Assembly (NCBI RefSeq): GCF_963921235.1
Contig: NC_086118.1
Location: 14,262,001-14,326,000 of the forward strand
Origin: Mobula hypostoma
Lineage: Eukaryota
DNA length: 64,000 bases
Reading direction: 5' to 3'
Positions 23,480 to 35,575 of the stretch are shown here, one piece after another. Position 1 is the stretch's first letter; each line of letters starts with the position of its first letter. The notes beneath the pieces were generated by a model. It had not been told where the DNA came from and made no database searches. It worked only from the letters and a program-made list of their open reading frames with translations. A program made the position numbers and the translations under genes.

Positions 23480-25256
23480 ATACAACTTAGCAAGAGGATA
23501 AGACATGAGAGAATAGGACCAATCAAGTGTGACAGTGGAAAAGTCTGTATGGAACTGCAGGAGATAGCAAATGTACTTAATGAATACTTTGCTTCAGTAT
23601 TCAGTACAGAAAAGGATCTTGGCAATTGTAGGTTTGACTTCAGTGGACTGAAAAGCTTGAGCTTGTAGATGTTAAGGAAGAGGATATGCTGGAGCTTTTG
23701 GAAAGCATCAAGTTGCATAAGTCACCGGAACCAGACGGGATGCACCCCAGACTACTGTGGGAGGTGAGGGAGGAGATTGCTGAGCCTCTGGCGATGATCT
23801 TTGCATCATCAATGAGGACTGGAGAGGTTCCGGAGGATTGGAGGGTTGTGGATGTTGTTCCTTTAATCAAGAAAGGGAGTAGAGATAGCCCAGGAAATTA
23901 TAGACCAGTGAGGCTTAATTCAGTGGTTAGTAAGTTGATGGAGACGATCCTGAGAGGCAGGATTTATGAACATTTGGAGAGGAATAATATGATTAGGAAT
24001 AGACAGCATGGCTTTGTCAAAGGCAGGTCGTGCCTTATGAGCCTGATTAAATTTTTTGAGGATGTATCTAAACACATTGATGAAGGTAGAGCCATAGATG
24101 TAGTGTATATGGATTTCAGCAAGGCATATGATAAGGTACCCCATGCGAGACTTATTGAGAAAGTAAGGAGAAATGGGATCCAAGGGAACATTGCTTTATG
24201 GATCCGGAACTGGTTTGCTCACAGAAGGCAAAGAGTGGTTGTAGATGGGTCATATTCAGCATAAAGGTCGGTGACCAGTGGTGTGCCTCAGGGTTCTGTT
24301 CTCCGACCCCTACTCTTCGTGATTTTTATAGATGACCTGGATGAGGAAGCAGACGGATGGGTTACAAAGGCTGGGGGTGTTGTGGGTTGTGTGGAGGGCT
24401 GTCAGAGGTTACAGTGGGACATTGATAGGATGCAAAACTGGGCTGAGAAGTGACAGATGGAGTTCAACACAGATAAATGTGAGGTGGTTCATTTTGGTAG
24501 GTCAAATATGATGGCAGAATATAGTATAATGATAAGACTCTTGGCAGTGTGGAGGATCAGAGGGATCTTGGAGTCTGAGTCCATAGGACACTCCAAGCTG
24601 TAGGGTGACTGTGGTTAAGAAGGCATATGGTGCATTGGCTTGCATCAACGGTGGGATTGAGTTTAAGAGCCGAGAGGTAATGTTGCAGCTCTGTAGGACC
24701 CTGGTCAGACCCCACTTGGAGTACTGTGCTCGATTCTGGTTGCCGCACTACAGGAAGAACGTGGAAACCATAGAAAGGGTGCAGAGGAGATTTACAGGGA
24801 TGTTGCCTGGATTGGGGAGCATGTCTTATGAAAACGGATTGCGTGAACTCAGCCTTTTCTCCTTGGAGCGACGGAGGATGGGAGGTGACCTGATAGAGGT
24901 GTACAAGATAATGAGATGCATTGATCATGTGGATAGTCAGAGGCTTTTTCCCAGAGCTGAAGTGACTAGCACGAGAGGGCATAGTTTTAAGGTGCTTGGA
25001 AGTAGGTTCAGAAGAGATATCAGGGGTAAGTTTTTTATGCAGAGGGTGGTGAGTGCGTGGAATGGGCTGCTGGCAGCCGTGGTGCAGGCAGAAACAATAG
25101 GGTCTTTTACGAGACCTCTGGATAGGTACATGGATCTTAGGAAAATAGAGGGCTATGGGTAAGCCTAGGTAGTTCTAAGGTAGGAACATGTTCAGCACAG
25201 CTTTGTGGGCCAAAGGGCCTGTATCGTGCTGTAGGTTTTCTATGTTTCTATGTTTT
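23480..25256 (+). mobile_element. CR1 LINE, 5'-truncated
   Basis: ORFs 23686-24264 (PGNYRPV, DVVYMDFSKAYDKVPH), 24271-24453 (SGVPQGSVL) and 24605-25162 (LVRPHLEYC); tail tttctatgtttctatg. Confidence 0.95.
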
Positions 25257-25659
25257 CTTTCTTAGGTTGATATTTCATCACCTTGCAAGATGGAATCCAT
25301 TGATATATAACTGATTAAATACCAGAAATGTCTGTTAGTAAAAGACAGTTATCAATTGTGAAATTGAGACTTTAGATTGTCATGAGATTGCTTGCACCTG
25401 AACCTGAGGAAGACAGAAGAAAATAGCAGCAATGCCACAGCTTATTGTAATGAAAATCTTGGTAAAGGATATTACAGTGATCATTTTCAATTTGTGTTTC
25501 ATATAATGCTTTACTTCCCTATTTCTCAGCCCATTTTGTTCTGTCCAAATCTCGTCATGCTTCCTCTTTTACTCCATAGTGTTGGTAAATTCTTTTGCTT
25601 TCCTTTGTAATACGTGATTCTCCTTGTAACGTTTCCTGTGCTTCAATTTTCTTCCCATT

Positions 25660-25920
25660 CCCACTAAGCTCATCCCATTTGCCTGCACTTGGCCCATATC
25701 CCTCTACACTCCTTCCTATCCACACCTTTTAACTGTTGTTACTGTATCTGCATCAACTACTTTCTTTGGCAGCTCATTCCACATACAGTACATACCACAC
25801 TCCTCCCCATCCCTCAGATCCCTTTTAAATCTTTCCCCTCTCATCTTAAAACTATGCCCTATCATTTATAGTTTCCCTTCCCTGAGAAAGAGACTGTGTT
25901 TGACCATCCTATCTATCTAT
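25660..25920 (-). mobile_element. Old CR1 3' fragment
   Basis: cccatttgcctgcacttggcccatatccctcta...ggcagctcattccacata pattern shared with other CR1 3' remnants (29690, 55975). Confidence 0.55.
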
Positions 25921-25949
25921 TCGGGTCATCACAATAAAAAAATTACTCC

Positions 25950-26181
25950 AATCACAAACAAGAGAAAATCTGCAGATGCCGGAAATCCAAGCAACACACA
26001 CAAAATGCTGGAGAAACGCAGCAGGCCATGCAGAACCCATGGAAAAGAGTAAACAGTCGATGTTTTGTGCCGAGACCCTACAGCAGGACAGTGATGTTTC
26101 GGCCCAAAATGTCGACTGTACTTTTTTTTCCATAGATGCTGCCTGGCCTGCTGAGTTCCTTCAGCATTTTGTGTGTGTTGC
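25950..26181. mobile_element. Penelope pLTR-derived hairpin with two decayed hammerhead halves
   Basis: Arms gcaacacacacaaaatgctgg...ggaaaagagtaaacagtcga / tcgactgtacttttttttccatag...ttttgtgtgtgttgc; the left arm carries the tail extension. Confidence 0.85.
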
Positions 26182-26339
26182 ATGAAGAGATAGTACTTGG
26201 ATTCTGTTTGGGTTAAACAAGGCCAGGCCTTAAATTTTATGCTCAGCCAGATTTCTGGCGTGAGTCAGCCTTTTCCTTCTTTGCACCTCATCATCTCCCT
26301 CTGAGATTTTGGCTGATTGGCAACTTAATTATATGTCAT

Positions 26340-26740
26340 CAGGTTGTAGAAAATTTACAGCACAGAGCCCATTGGACCTACTAATTCAGTACATGTAATA
26401 TAACTGATGATCATTCTTGTTTTAGACGCCTCTGATATGTATAACAATTACCTCATCTGTGCTTTTCAGAATTTTGTAAACCTCAGTCAGGTCACCCCCT
26501 CAGACTGCTCAACTAAGAGAAAAATAAGCCCAGACTATCCAGTGTCTTCTCATTACTGGAAAAAATCCATCTAAAGCAACATCCTGGTGAATCTCCTCCA
26601 CATCCTTTCCAGTGCAGTTACATCCTTCCAACAACATTACCTCCAGAAATGCACACTAAACTCCCAATGTTTTGCCTTCCCAATGTTTCAAAAAGTTGTA
26701 CCTCAATCTACTAGCTCTTATATTCTAAGCACAAAATAAA
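26340..26740 (-). mobile_element. Old CR1 3' fragment
   Basis: aggtcaccccctcag...gcaacatcctggtgaatctcc...tccagtgcagttacatccttcc (reverse of the KDV.ALERV.RRFTRML region). Confidence 0.55.
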
Positions 26741-27586
26741 GGCAAGTATTCTCACCTGTTAAAATAATGAATACAGCTGTTAATCTTCTTTAACAGATTA
26801 AGTGCATTTATTTCTATTTTAGCTAGTTTTTGCTAACCATACAACTAACCAATGGATTATTCTTTGATTATTGGAGCTTGAAACTTCATACTTAACTCTG
26901 TTGGACAGAATCTCTATATTCACAGTTCTTGGGCTTGAGTTAAATAAGATAAAGGAAGGACTTACACTTCACTGTAATCTGGATGTGTACATTTGCCCTT
27001 TTGGAGTTTCCACTGTTGCAGTTTGCTGGTTCCTGCTAATAGTTTCCACAGGCCTTCTCTATCATAGGATTATTCTTTGCATCATGGGAATTTAGTCAAT
27101 TCATACAAGAGGTATGAAATGATGAGCGTGGCAAACTCTTTCAATGGATTGGCTGGAGGACTTAAAAGTAGAAGTAAATTGAGTGCAAGTCCTAGTCCGG
27201 GAACTGGTCAGAATCCAGACTCTCGGGTTAAATTGTCTCCTTATGGTTCCATGAACTGAAGGTGTGGATGACTCAGTTGGAGTCAGCCTAAAGCTTGCCG
27301 GGAATTGTTCAGAGACAGATGGATGTTTTACAATATATAGAATTTAGAGACTGAAGAAAATTTTGAACCTCTGCAAATGTGGAGAATGAGGCCTATATTG
27401 ATTATTGATCCTACCTGAGTCTAACTTTTCCTGTTCATCATTGGCTCTATTATGGGTATGAACCTGAGATATTAATGTGAGAGTTTAAAATTTGGTGGGC
27501 CAATAATGCTGCCTTTGTGGAAGAAACAAGCTACCTTCACATTCGGAAGATCCAGGATTTTCTTCTTACATGTCCCATTAGGATCA

Positions 27587-27912
27587 GTGTTGGCACGTGG
27601 CCAAGTGGACAATCCAAATCCAAACATTTTAAGGTGTTTGTCTAGTGATTTGAAGGTCGCTAGTTCGTGCCTTGGCTGAGGCAGCGTGTGTGTCCTTGAG
27701 CAAGGCACTTAATCACACATTGCTCTGTGACGACACCGGTGCCAAGCTATATGGGTCCTAATACCCTTCCCATGGACAACATCGGTGGTGTGGAGAGGGG
27801 AGACTTGCAGCATGGGCAACTGCTGGTCTTCCATACAACCTTGCCCAGGCCTGCGCCCTGGAAACCTTCCAAGGCACAAATCCATGGTCTCGTGAGACTA
27901 ACGGATGCCTAT
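27587..27912 (+). mobile_element. tRNA-derived CORE-like SINE with RTE-like 3' tail
   Basis: A-box TGGCCAAGTGG, B-box-like GCTAGTTCGTGCC, CORE-like gtgtccttgagcaaggcacttaa; tail aatccatggtctcgtgagactaacgga resembles RTE 3' ends. Confidence 0.75.
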
Positions 27913-27924
27913 ATGTAGGATCAG

Positions 27925-28710
27925 TAATGCTTGTTTCCACAGTTCCATGAATTCTGGGGTGATTGATAAGGCCAATGTGGGGAATGCAGATTTTCCACAG
28001 GAGAGGAAGGAGGCCTTTGGGACAGCAGATGGATGGGGTGTTAAAGCACGAGTTTTGTGCTGGGTATGAGATCTGGATCTTCGAGCAATCTTTTTCCTCA
28101 CATGGTCAGTGTACTGGAGGCGATGGTGAATTTTATTGCTGAAATCTGTCTTTGTTCAGTTTTACTATTGAGTGATGCAAAGTAGTCCACATTTTCCATG
28201 GTCTTCTGGACCTTCATTGATGAAGGACAGCGTGTGCAACAGCAGCAAATCGTTACAGATCCATCCTCACAATCAACAGGTTATTGTGGCCTTGGAACTC
28301 ATACATATTGCAGTTTGAATATTAGGTCGGGCTGACCTTGATTCTGGACTGGAAACAACAAAGGTTGAACAGTTTCCCATTGGCCCTGTAGATTTACTCC
28401 ACAACAGCAGAATGCTTGATGGAAGTGAAATGCAGTCTTGTTGGAAGTAAGATCTAAGAAAATGTCGTGCAATGATGTAGCTTTGTTTGACTTTGATCAA
28501 CTATGAGATTGGATTTTATGAGGATGCTTTGGTGAAAATCATGGCTTGCATGTCATTGTGTGGCAGACAACAGTGAAGAAAGTTTCTGTAAGCAGCCAAA
28601 TCTGATGAGTATGCTTCATCATGAGTTGTTACCCAATCCACATTGACTTCATCAGCCATCTCAGAAACCACAAAACTTGAAGGATTAAAATCTTCCTCAA
28701 ACCCAACAGA
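27925..28710. mobile_element. Ancient RTE-type LINE remnants (minus about 27925-28500; plus 3' end about 28600-28710)
   Basis: Plus strand has HIDFISHLRNHKT* (RTE-like C-terminal motif); minus strand has an HRLQYTDHV remnant of RLRWxGHV; related 3' segment at 34775-34900. Confidence 0.45.
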
Positions 28711-28897
28711 TTGTCTATGTACCAGTCACATTTGACCACACCTTAGTAAAGAGAGAATACCAGGAAGGAAATTTGTTCATAGTCTGTTTACTTTGTAGCA
28801 CTAAAGCAATCAAAATCTACCACTGACTTTCTTAATTTAATCTACACAGAGGCATACCTGGAATTCAGCTTATTTACATTCTTATACAAACAGACTG

Positions 28898-29649
28898 TAT
28901 TGTAGCCACTTTTATAGGTACACCTGTATACCTGCTCGTTAGTGCAAATATCTAATCAGCCAATCATTTGGCATCAACTCAATGCATAAAAATATGTAGA
29001 CATGGCCAAGGGGTTCAGACCAAACATCAGAATGAGGATGAAATGAGATCTAAATTACTTTGATGTTGGAATGATTGTTGGTACCAGACAGCATGGTTTG
29101 AGTATCTTGGAAACTGCTAATCTCCTGGGATTTTCATGCACAACAGTCTCCAAAATTTATAGAGAATGGTATGAAGAACAAAAAAAAATCCAGTGAGCAG
29201 CAGTTCTGTGGGCGGGGGGGGGGCATTGGAGGGGAAGGTCGACTCAGACCATGAGAGGGAGAGGCCTGCGTCGGGCATTTTCATGCCTTACAAGGTACAG
29301 ATTGGAAGTCTGTGTGGGGCGCCACTCCTTGCACAGACGAGAGCAATGTGTGATTAAGTGCCTTGCTCAAGGACACAAACACGCTGCCACAGCTGAGGCT
29401 CAAACTAGCAACCTTGAGATAACTAGACGAACGCCTTAACCACTTGGCCACGTGGGCAAAAATGCTTTCTTAATGAGCGGGGTCAGAGGTCAAGCTTACA
29501 GGAAGATGATGGTAACTCAAGTAACCACATGTTATAACAGTGGTGTGCAGAAGAGCATCACTGAATGCAGAACATGCCAATCTTTGAAATGGCTGGGCCA
29601 CAGCTGCAGAAGGCTATGGAAGTACCTAATAAAGTGGCTACTGAGTGCA
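28898..29649 (+). mobile_element. Tc1/mariner non-autonomous deletion derivative
   Basis: TIR remnants gtagccacttttataggtac / gtacctaataaagtggctac; internal N-terminal HTH remnant (GMIVGTRQHGLSILETANLLGFSCTTVSKIYREW). Confidence 0.8.
29214..29454 (-). mobile_element. tRNA-CORE SINE with a different 3' module, inserted in the Tc1 remnant
   Basis: 29340-29454 is the reverse complement of the 27593-27727 head; gtgggc repeated at 29208-29213 and 29452-29457. Confidence 0.75.
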
Positions 29650-29689
29650 TTTCCCATTTGTAAGTCAGCCAACATACTATACTTACAGT

Positions 29690-29862
29690 CAGAGGTCCTA
29701 GAGTTATACAGCAGGGAAACAGGCTCTTCAGCCCAACTCATCTATGCTGACCAAGTTATCTATTACCATTTGCCTGCATTTGCCCCACATCACTCCCCTC
29801 CTTTTCTATCCACGTACCTGTTTAAATGTCTTTTAAACATTGTAATTACACCTGCCTCTACG
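29690..29862 (-). mobile_element. Old CR1 3' end
   Basis: gagttatacagcagggaaacaggctcttcagcccaac...ccatttgcctgcatttgccc. Confidence 0.55.
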
Positions 29863-30239
29863 CACGTTTAGTTTGATTGTTGGATTAAATGTTCTCAATT
29901 TTGTGTGCGTGTGTGTGTGTCAGGTGTGTGTATGTGTGTGCGCACTTGTAGTCACTCACTTTGCCTGGGGATAAACACGCATTTTGCGCAACTATTCATA
30001 GAAATAGAACTTTCTATCTGAAGTTTATGGCCTATCAAGGTTCTACCACATCTGGTCATGAGCAGATGCGATTAAATAGTTGGTCGATTTAGGAGGGTCC
30101 AACATCGTTCTCCATCCCCAAAAATGGTGAGGCCTAGCATGTGAGTGAAAAGAAAAAAAAAATAAAGCATTTGTAACCATGTTCAGCAGGAGTATCAAAT
30201 AGACAATCCATACCTCCTTCCTCCAGAGATCTCCACCAA

Positions 30240-31135
30240 CAGAGGCTCTGACTAATATCCTTCATTTCATACGATGTCAAGAAGAGACTGAGAGTACTGG
30301 ATGCAAAGGCAATGGAACATGACAATGTCCGAATTATAGCATGAAAGAACTGGTGTTCTAGAATTATCTTCACCTCTTACCAAGCAAATTCCAGTACAGT
30401 CACAACACTAATATCTTCCCAAAGCATGGAAAATTGTTCAGGTTCTTAAAAAAGCCAGAAAAACCCAATCTAGCTAATTAACACGATCAGTCTAGCCCTC
30501 AGTCATCAGCAAAGTGAGGGGAACAGTTGCAAGAGTGCTGCCATGTTGTATTCTGTCACCAATAATCTACTCACCCAGTTATCCCTCAGCGACATTAATG
30601 TCCCCCAGTTCCACATCATCAGAACACCCTAGGGTCATCATTGGCAAGAAACTCAAGAAACCAGAGACAGAAACATTGTGGCTAGAAAACAGGTCAGAAG
30701 CTGGATATTCTGAGGCAAGCAACTCTCCTCTTAATGCCTCCTTTCCACCATCTTCAATATGCAAGTCAGGAGCGCGACAGAACACGTTCCACTTGCCTGT
30801 ATGAGTGCAGTGCTAGCAGCTTGTAAGAAGTTCAACAGCATTGAGGACAAAGCAGATTGATTGATACTCCATCGCTCACCCAGCACCAGTGTGTATCATC
30901 TATAAACTTCCCAGCAATTACGCGCACTGCGTACTCCAGTGGCACCACTGAGGACAAGGACAGCAAGTGCATGGGAACATCAGTTAGTGCATATTCCCTC
31001 AAAGCTGCATAAAACTCTGACATGAATATATAACACCAGTCCTTCATTGTTACTGGGCCCATACCTTAGAATTCCCTACTCAATAGCTCCGTGGGATAAT
31101 TTCACAAAAAGGATTACAGCAGTTCAAGCAAGTGT
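30240..31135 (+). mobile_element. Ancient CR1-clade LINE remnant (distinct family; related pieces at 36040-36250 minus, 38440-38640 minus, 52500-52960 plus)
   Basis: Degraded caagtcaggagc...ccacttgcctg.atgagtgcag...gaggacaaagcag C-terminal pattern and cagcagttcaag 3' end. Confidence 0.5.
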
Positions 31136-31385
31136 TCTAATATTTTTGACCCACACAAAATTGAAGATGTAGTTAAAAGTCACTTTCTGTCCAGGGTCAT
31201 AGATAAAGCAGGATAGGGCAGTGTGGGTAAAGCTGACAAATATCCTTCCTCTCAGACATTAACAAAATAAAAGGCATGTTTCAACACAAACAACAGGAAT
31301 TCTGCAGATGCTGGAAATTCAAGCAACATACATCAAAGTTGCTGGTGAACGCAGCAGGCCAAGCAGCATCTATAGGAAGAGGCGC

Positions 31386-31421
31386 AGTCGACGTTTCAGG
31401 CCGAGACCCTTCGTCAGGACT
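31386..31421 (-). ncRNA. Minimal type I hammerhead ribozyme (intact)
   Basis: Minus strand AGUC-CUGACGA-AGGGUCUCGGCCU-GAAA-C-GUC/GACU; stem I AGUC/GACU; palindromic ACGU stem III; predicted cut between 31390 and 31389. Confidence 0.85.
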
Positions 31422-32147
31422 AACTGAAGGAAGTGTGAGTAACGGATTTGAAAGCTGGAGGGGGAGGGGGAGATGCAAAATGATAGGAGAAGACAGGAGG
31501 GGGAAGGATGGAGCCGAGAGCTGGACAGGTGATAGGCAAAAGGGGATACGAGAGGATCATGGGACAGGAGGTCCGGGAAGAAAGACAAGGGGGGGAGTGA
31601 TCCAGAGGATGGGCAAGAGGTATATTCAGAAGGACAGAGGGAGAAAAAGGAGAGTGAGAGAAAGAATGTGTGCATAAAAATGAGTAACAGATGGGGTACG
31701 AAGGGGAGGTGGGGCCTAGCGGAAGTTAGAGAAGTCGATGTTCATGCCTAGCGGAAGTTAGAGAAGTCGACTATCAACTCTGCTCTTAAACGCATCTCCC
31801 CCATTTCACGTACATCTGCTCTCACTCCATCCTCCCACCACCCCACTAGGAATAGGGTTCCCCTGGTCCTCACCTACCACCCCACCAGCCTCCGGGTCCA
31901 ACATATTATTCTCCGTAACTTCCGCCACCTCCAACGGGATCCCACCACTAAGCACATCTTTCCCTCTCCCTCTCTCTCTGCATTCCGCAGGGATCGCTCC
32001 CTACACAACTCCCTTGTCCATTCGTCCCCCCCATCCCTCCCCACTGATCTCCCTCCTGGCACTTATCCGTGTAAGCGGAACAAGTGCTACACATGCCCTT
32101 ACACTTCCTCCCTTACCACCATTCAGGGCCCCAAACAGTCCTTCCAG

Positions 32148-32474
32148 GTGAGGCATCACTTCACCTGTGAATCGACTGGGGTGATATACTGCGTCCGGTG
32201 CCCCCGATGTGGCCTTTTATATATTGGCGAGACCCGACGCAGACTGGGAGACTGCTTTGCTGAACATCTACGCTCTGTCCGCCAGAGAAAGCAGGATCTC
32301 CCAGTGGCCACACATTTTAATTCCACATCCCATTCCCATTCTGACATGTCTATCCACGGCCTCCTCTACTGTAAAGATGAAGCCACACTCAGGTTGGAGG
32401 AACAACACCTTATATTCCGTCTGGGTAGCCTCCAACCTGATGGCATGAACATCGACTTCTCTAACTTCCGCTAG
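32148..32474 (+). pseudogene. Penelope GIY-YIG endonuclease domain (5'-truncated ORF)
   Basis: VIYCVRCPRCGLLYIGETRRRLGDCFAEH...LEEQHLIFRLGSLQPDGMNIDF. Confidence 0.9.
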
Positions 32475-32768
32475 GCCCCACCTCCCCCTCGTACCCCATC
32501 TGTTACTCATTTTTATGCACACATTCTTTCTCTCACTCTCCTTTTTCTCCCTCTGTCCCTCTGAATATACCTCTTGCCCATCCTCTGGGTCACCCCCCCC
32601 CTTGTCTTTCTTCCCGGACCTCTTGTCCCATGATCCTCTCGTATCCCCTTTTGCCTATCACCTGTCCAGCTCTCGGCTCCATCCTGCCCCCTCCTGTCTT
32701 CTCCTATCATTTTGCATCTCCCCCTCCCCCTCCAGCTTTCAAATCCCTTACTCACTCTTCCTTCAGTT

Positions 32769-32804
32769 AGTTCTGACGAAGGGTCTCGGCCTGAAACGTC
32801 GACT
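32769..32804 (+). ncRNA. Minimal type I hammerhead ribozyme (intact, U-G wobble in stem I)
   Basis: AGUU-CUGACGA-AGGGUCUCGGCCU-GAAA-C-GUC/GACU; predicted cut after 32800. Confidence 0.85.
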
Positions 32805-32944
32805 GCGCCTCTTCCTATAGATGCTGCTTGGCCTGCTGCGTTCACCAGCAACTTTGATGTATGTGGCATGTTTCAACAGTTTGGTTCTTTTATGATTACC
32901 ACTACAGCAACTAGTTCTTTTAATTAACTATATGAAAAACAAGA

Positions 32945-33189
32945 GAACACATAATTCTCCAAAACTTCCGCCACCTCCAATGGGATCCCACCAGCAAGCA
33001 CATCTTCCTCCTCACCCTACTTTCTGCCTTTCGCAGGGATCACTCCCTACACGACTCCCTTGTCCATTCATCCTGCCCCACTGATCTCCCTCCTGGCACT
33101 GATCCTTGCCAGTGGAACAAGTGCTACACCTGCCCTTACACCTCCTCGCTCACTACCATTCAGGACCCTACACAGTCCTTCCAAGTGAT
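32945..33189 (+). mobile_element. Penelope-like internal fragment
   Basis: Collinear with 31900-32150. Confidence 0.85.
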
Positions 33190-33435
33190 AATATCAATTG
33201 CTTTGTGGTGACTGTGTTCCCACTTTAACAAAAACATGGCCTTTCTTTTTGAGCAGTACTGCATCCAGATGTGTTTATTTTTCTTATCAATTCAGCAGCT
33301 GCGCCTTTTTAACTGACTTTCGAGCAATGGAGCTTATTCTTTTCTGTCAACTCACGTATGTTGTATTGTCAGTGAATTCATGAAGGTATCTGCCCTGATG
33401 TATTACAAATGTTCCAAAAGGATCACAATAACTGG

Positions 33436-34305
33436 TGTGACAAGAATACATATAGATTAAGATGTAGCTGTCCTATGCTGGCACCAGTGGGATCAGCAGT
33501 TGGTCTGCCACCTGTCTTCAGGGAGAGAGAGATAAGGAAAACAATGGAGCAGCATTTGGAGATGTGTAATGAAGGGGAAGGAGAGCTTTCAAGATCGGCT
33601 CCCCCTTTGAACCCTGAACTGTTTGAAGTGATGGACAGGCGATACCCCAGCAGGGGGATAAAAAGGGACAGGTTCGCTAAGGCGGGACAGACACGACACC
33701 CGAGGTAACAAGACCCTGGAGGCGGTACGTCTCTCACAAGTCAGTGGGAAGTTTTGGAAGGCTGGTTGCGGGACCGGGCCATAGACGCACAGGGTGGAAA
33801 GGCACGATCGGCGGGAACCTGGTGTGTGTCCACCCTTGCCTGGGTGCCAGGTTCAGCGCAGGGAAACGATCGTATCTGGAAACGGAGGGGTCATGGTTGG
33901 TGACCTCAGATGACATCACAAAGGACTCGCCCGAAAGCTGACTGCGAAGGTCTGTGTGGAAGCCTTGAATATTCATTCGTTTTGCTCTCTCTCTCCTTCC
34001 CCCCACTGTCCATCACCACAGCAGCGATTACTGCGAACTGAACTGAACTAAATTGAACTGAACTTTGCGTCACTTTGAAACTGGTCATTTACCCCTAGAC
34101 AACGATAGAGCTTGATTGATCCTGTTATCTTAATACTGTGCACATGTATGTTTATCACTGCTGAACTGTTGCATTTATTATCCTTTTGATTAGAGTACTG
34201 TGTTGCTGGTTTCTTTAATAAAACTTTCTTAGTTCTAGTAATCCAGACTCCAACTGAGTGATCCATTTCTGCTGGTTTGGCAACCCAGTTACGGGGTACG
34301 TAACA
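33436..34305 (+). mobile_element. Solo LTR (family B, 870 bp)
   Basis: TGTGAC...GTAACA termini; 4-bp TSD ctgg/cagg (one mismatch); TATA-like GATAAAAA near 33657; AATAAA near 34217; (CTGAA)n run. Confidence 0.8.
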
Positions 34306-35340
34306 CAGGTCTGTAACAGGATTCTAAAGCAAGGGTTGTTTTCAGCCAAGCACGAGGGTTTAATTCACAGTATCTTCTGCTAGGTGAAATTCTAAGACAT
34401 TTATTATAATAATCAGTGCAGAAGAAATCTGTCTAAAAGTACTTATCATCCCAGTTAGCAATTGCATGAATTGGAATGAGCTGACATAGTTTCGTTTGCA
34501 ATCCACTCAAGATGATGCTTAAGTAATCAACTTAACCCTTAAGTTTTTTTAAAGCTTTGATTGAGGACTGTTTATAAGTTACACCGAGCCTTATTTGGAT
34601 TGTAATTACTTCAGGTAGCATGGTTCTCATCTCTCTCCCTCTGGTTTTAGGGCTGTCTGATTAATGTTTTACAGCCAATTACAACATCCATTTATCTAGC
34701 CCTTTAATAACCATGGTAACTGGAGCTCTTTTCTGGACTGGGTCAATTGCTATCATTCTTGCCTTCTCTTGGTCAGTCGCTTGAGTCTGAAGATGACCTA
34801 CTACCTTCCACTGCAGCTTCCTACATTCAGAGATGACTAATGAAGTCAATGTAGGAACTGCAGTCTTTTACTTACACATATGGGGTGGGTGGGGACTGTC
34901 AGACAAGTGAGCGGTGACTTGTGAGGCAGTGTTCTGCCTTTGTCATTTATACTGGACCTCTGCGTCCTCCTCATGCGTGGTCTAGCATGTTGGATTGTGT
35001 GTAAGTAGGTTTTCAACACTGGAGAAAGGCTGTGTTTAGAAGTCTGGGTTAGGATCAAGATCAGAGTCAGAGTTAAAACTGATGTTGGTACCAAAATGTC
35101 TGAGTTTCCCCACCTATGAGATTGGAGCAATGTTCAGCTTTGTGGCTATTCAGATTGCCCATGGGAATCTGGACATTATAAATTCTGAGATTCACACTGG
35201 GGAGAGGAAGTTGCCTGTGTGGGGTTTCCTTTAAGGTGAGTTAGCCATTGCACAGCTACCATAAGGTCTTCACAGAGTAAAAACTTGATCCAGTGATAAT
35301 AGAGACAATGGTTTCTGGGGATCAGACTGATGGGAATTAA

Positions 35341-35575
35341 ACAAAAACATGAAAAAATGTGAAGATGCAGGAAATCCAAAGCAACTCATCCAAAATGCTG
35401 GAGGAACCCAGCAGGTCAGGCAGCATCTACAGAAAAGAGCAAACAGTCAATGTTTCAGGCTGAGACCCTTCTGCAGGACTAATGAAGGGTCTTGGCCCAA
35501 AACATCAACTGTTTACTCTTTTCCATAGATGCTGCATGGCCTGCTGAGTTCCTCCAGCATTTTGCGTGTGTTGCC
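35341..35575. mobile_element. 235-bp Penelope pLTR hairpin with 12-bp TSD and two decayed back-to-back hammerheads
   Basis: TSD gatgggaattaa at 35329-35340 and 35576-35587; inverted arms meet near 35480. Confidence 0.88.

Larger units (their letters stand above)
31287..32864. mobile_element. Young Penelope-like element, inverted pLTR configuration, 14-bp TSD
   Basis: TSD ggcatgtttcaaca at 31273-31286 and 32865-32878; inverted arms 31326-31748 / 32442-32864; GIY-YIG ORF 32148-32474. Confidence 0.95.

Noticed and set aside
27587..27680. tRNA gene
   Set aside because: A and B boxes continue into a SINE body; no full cloverleaf; interrupted by a small insertion.
31276..31677. ORFs such as KLLVNAAGQAASIGRGAVDVSGRDPSSG recurring at several loci
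   Set aside because: Antisense translation of the non-coding Penelope pLTR/hammerhead.
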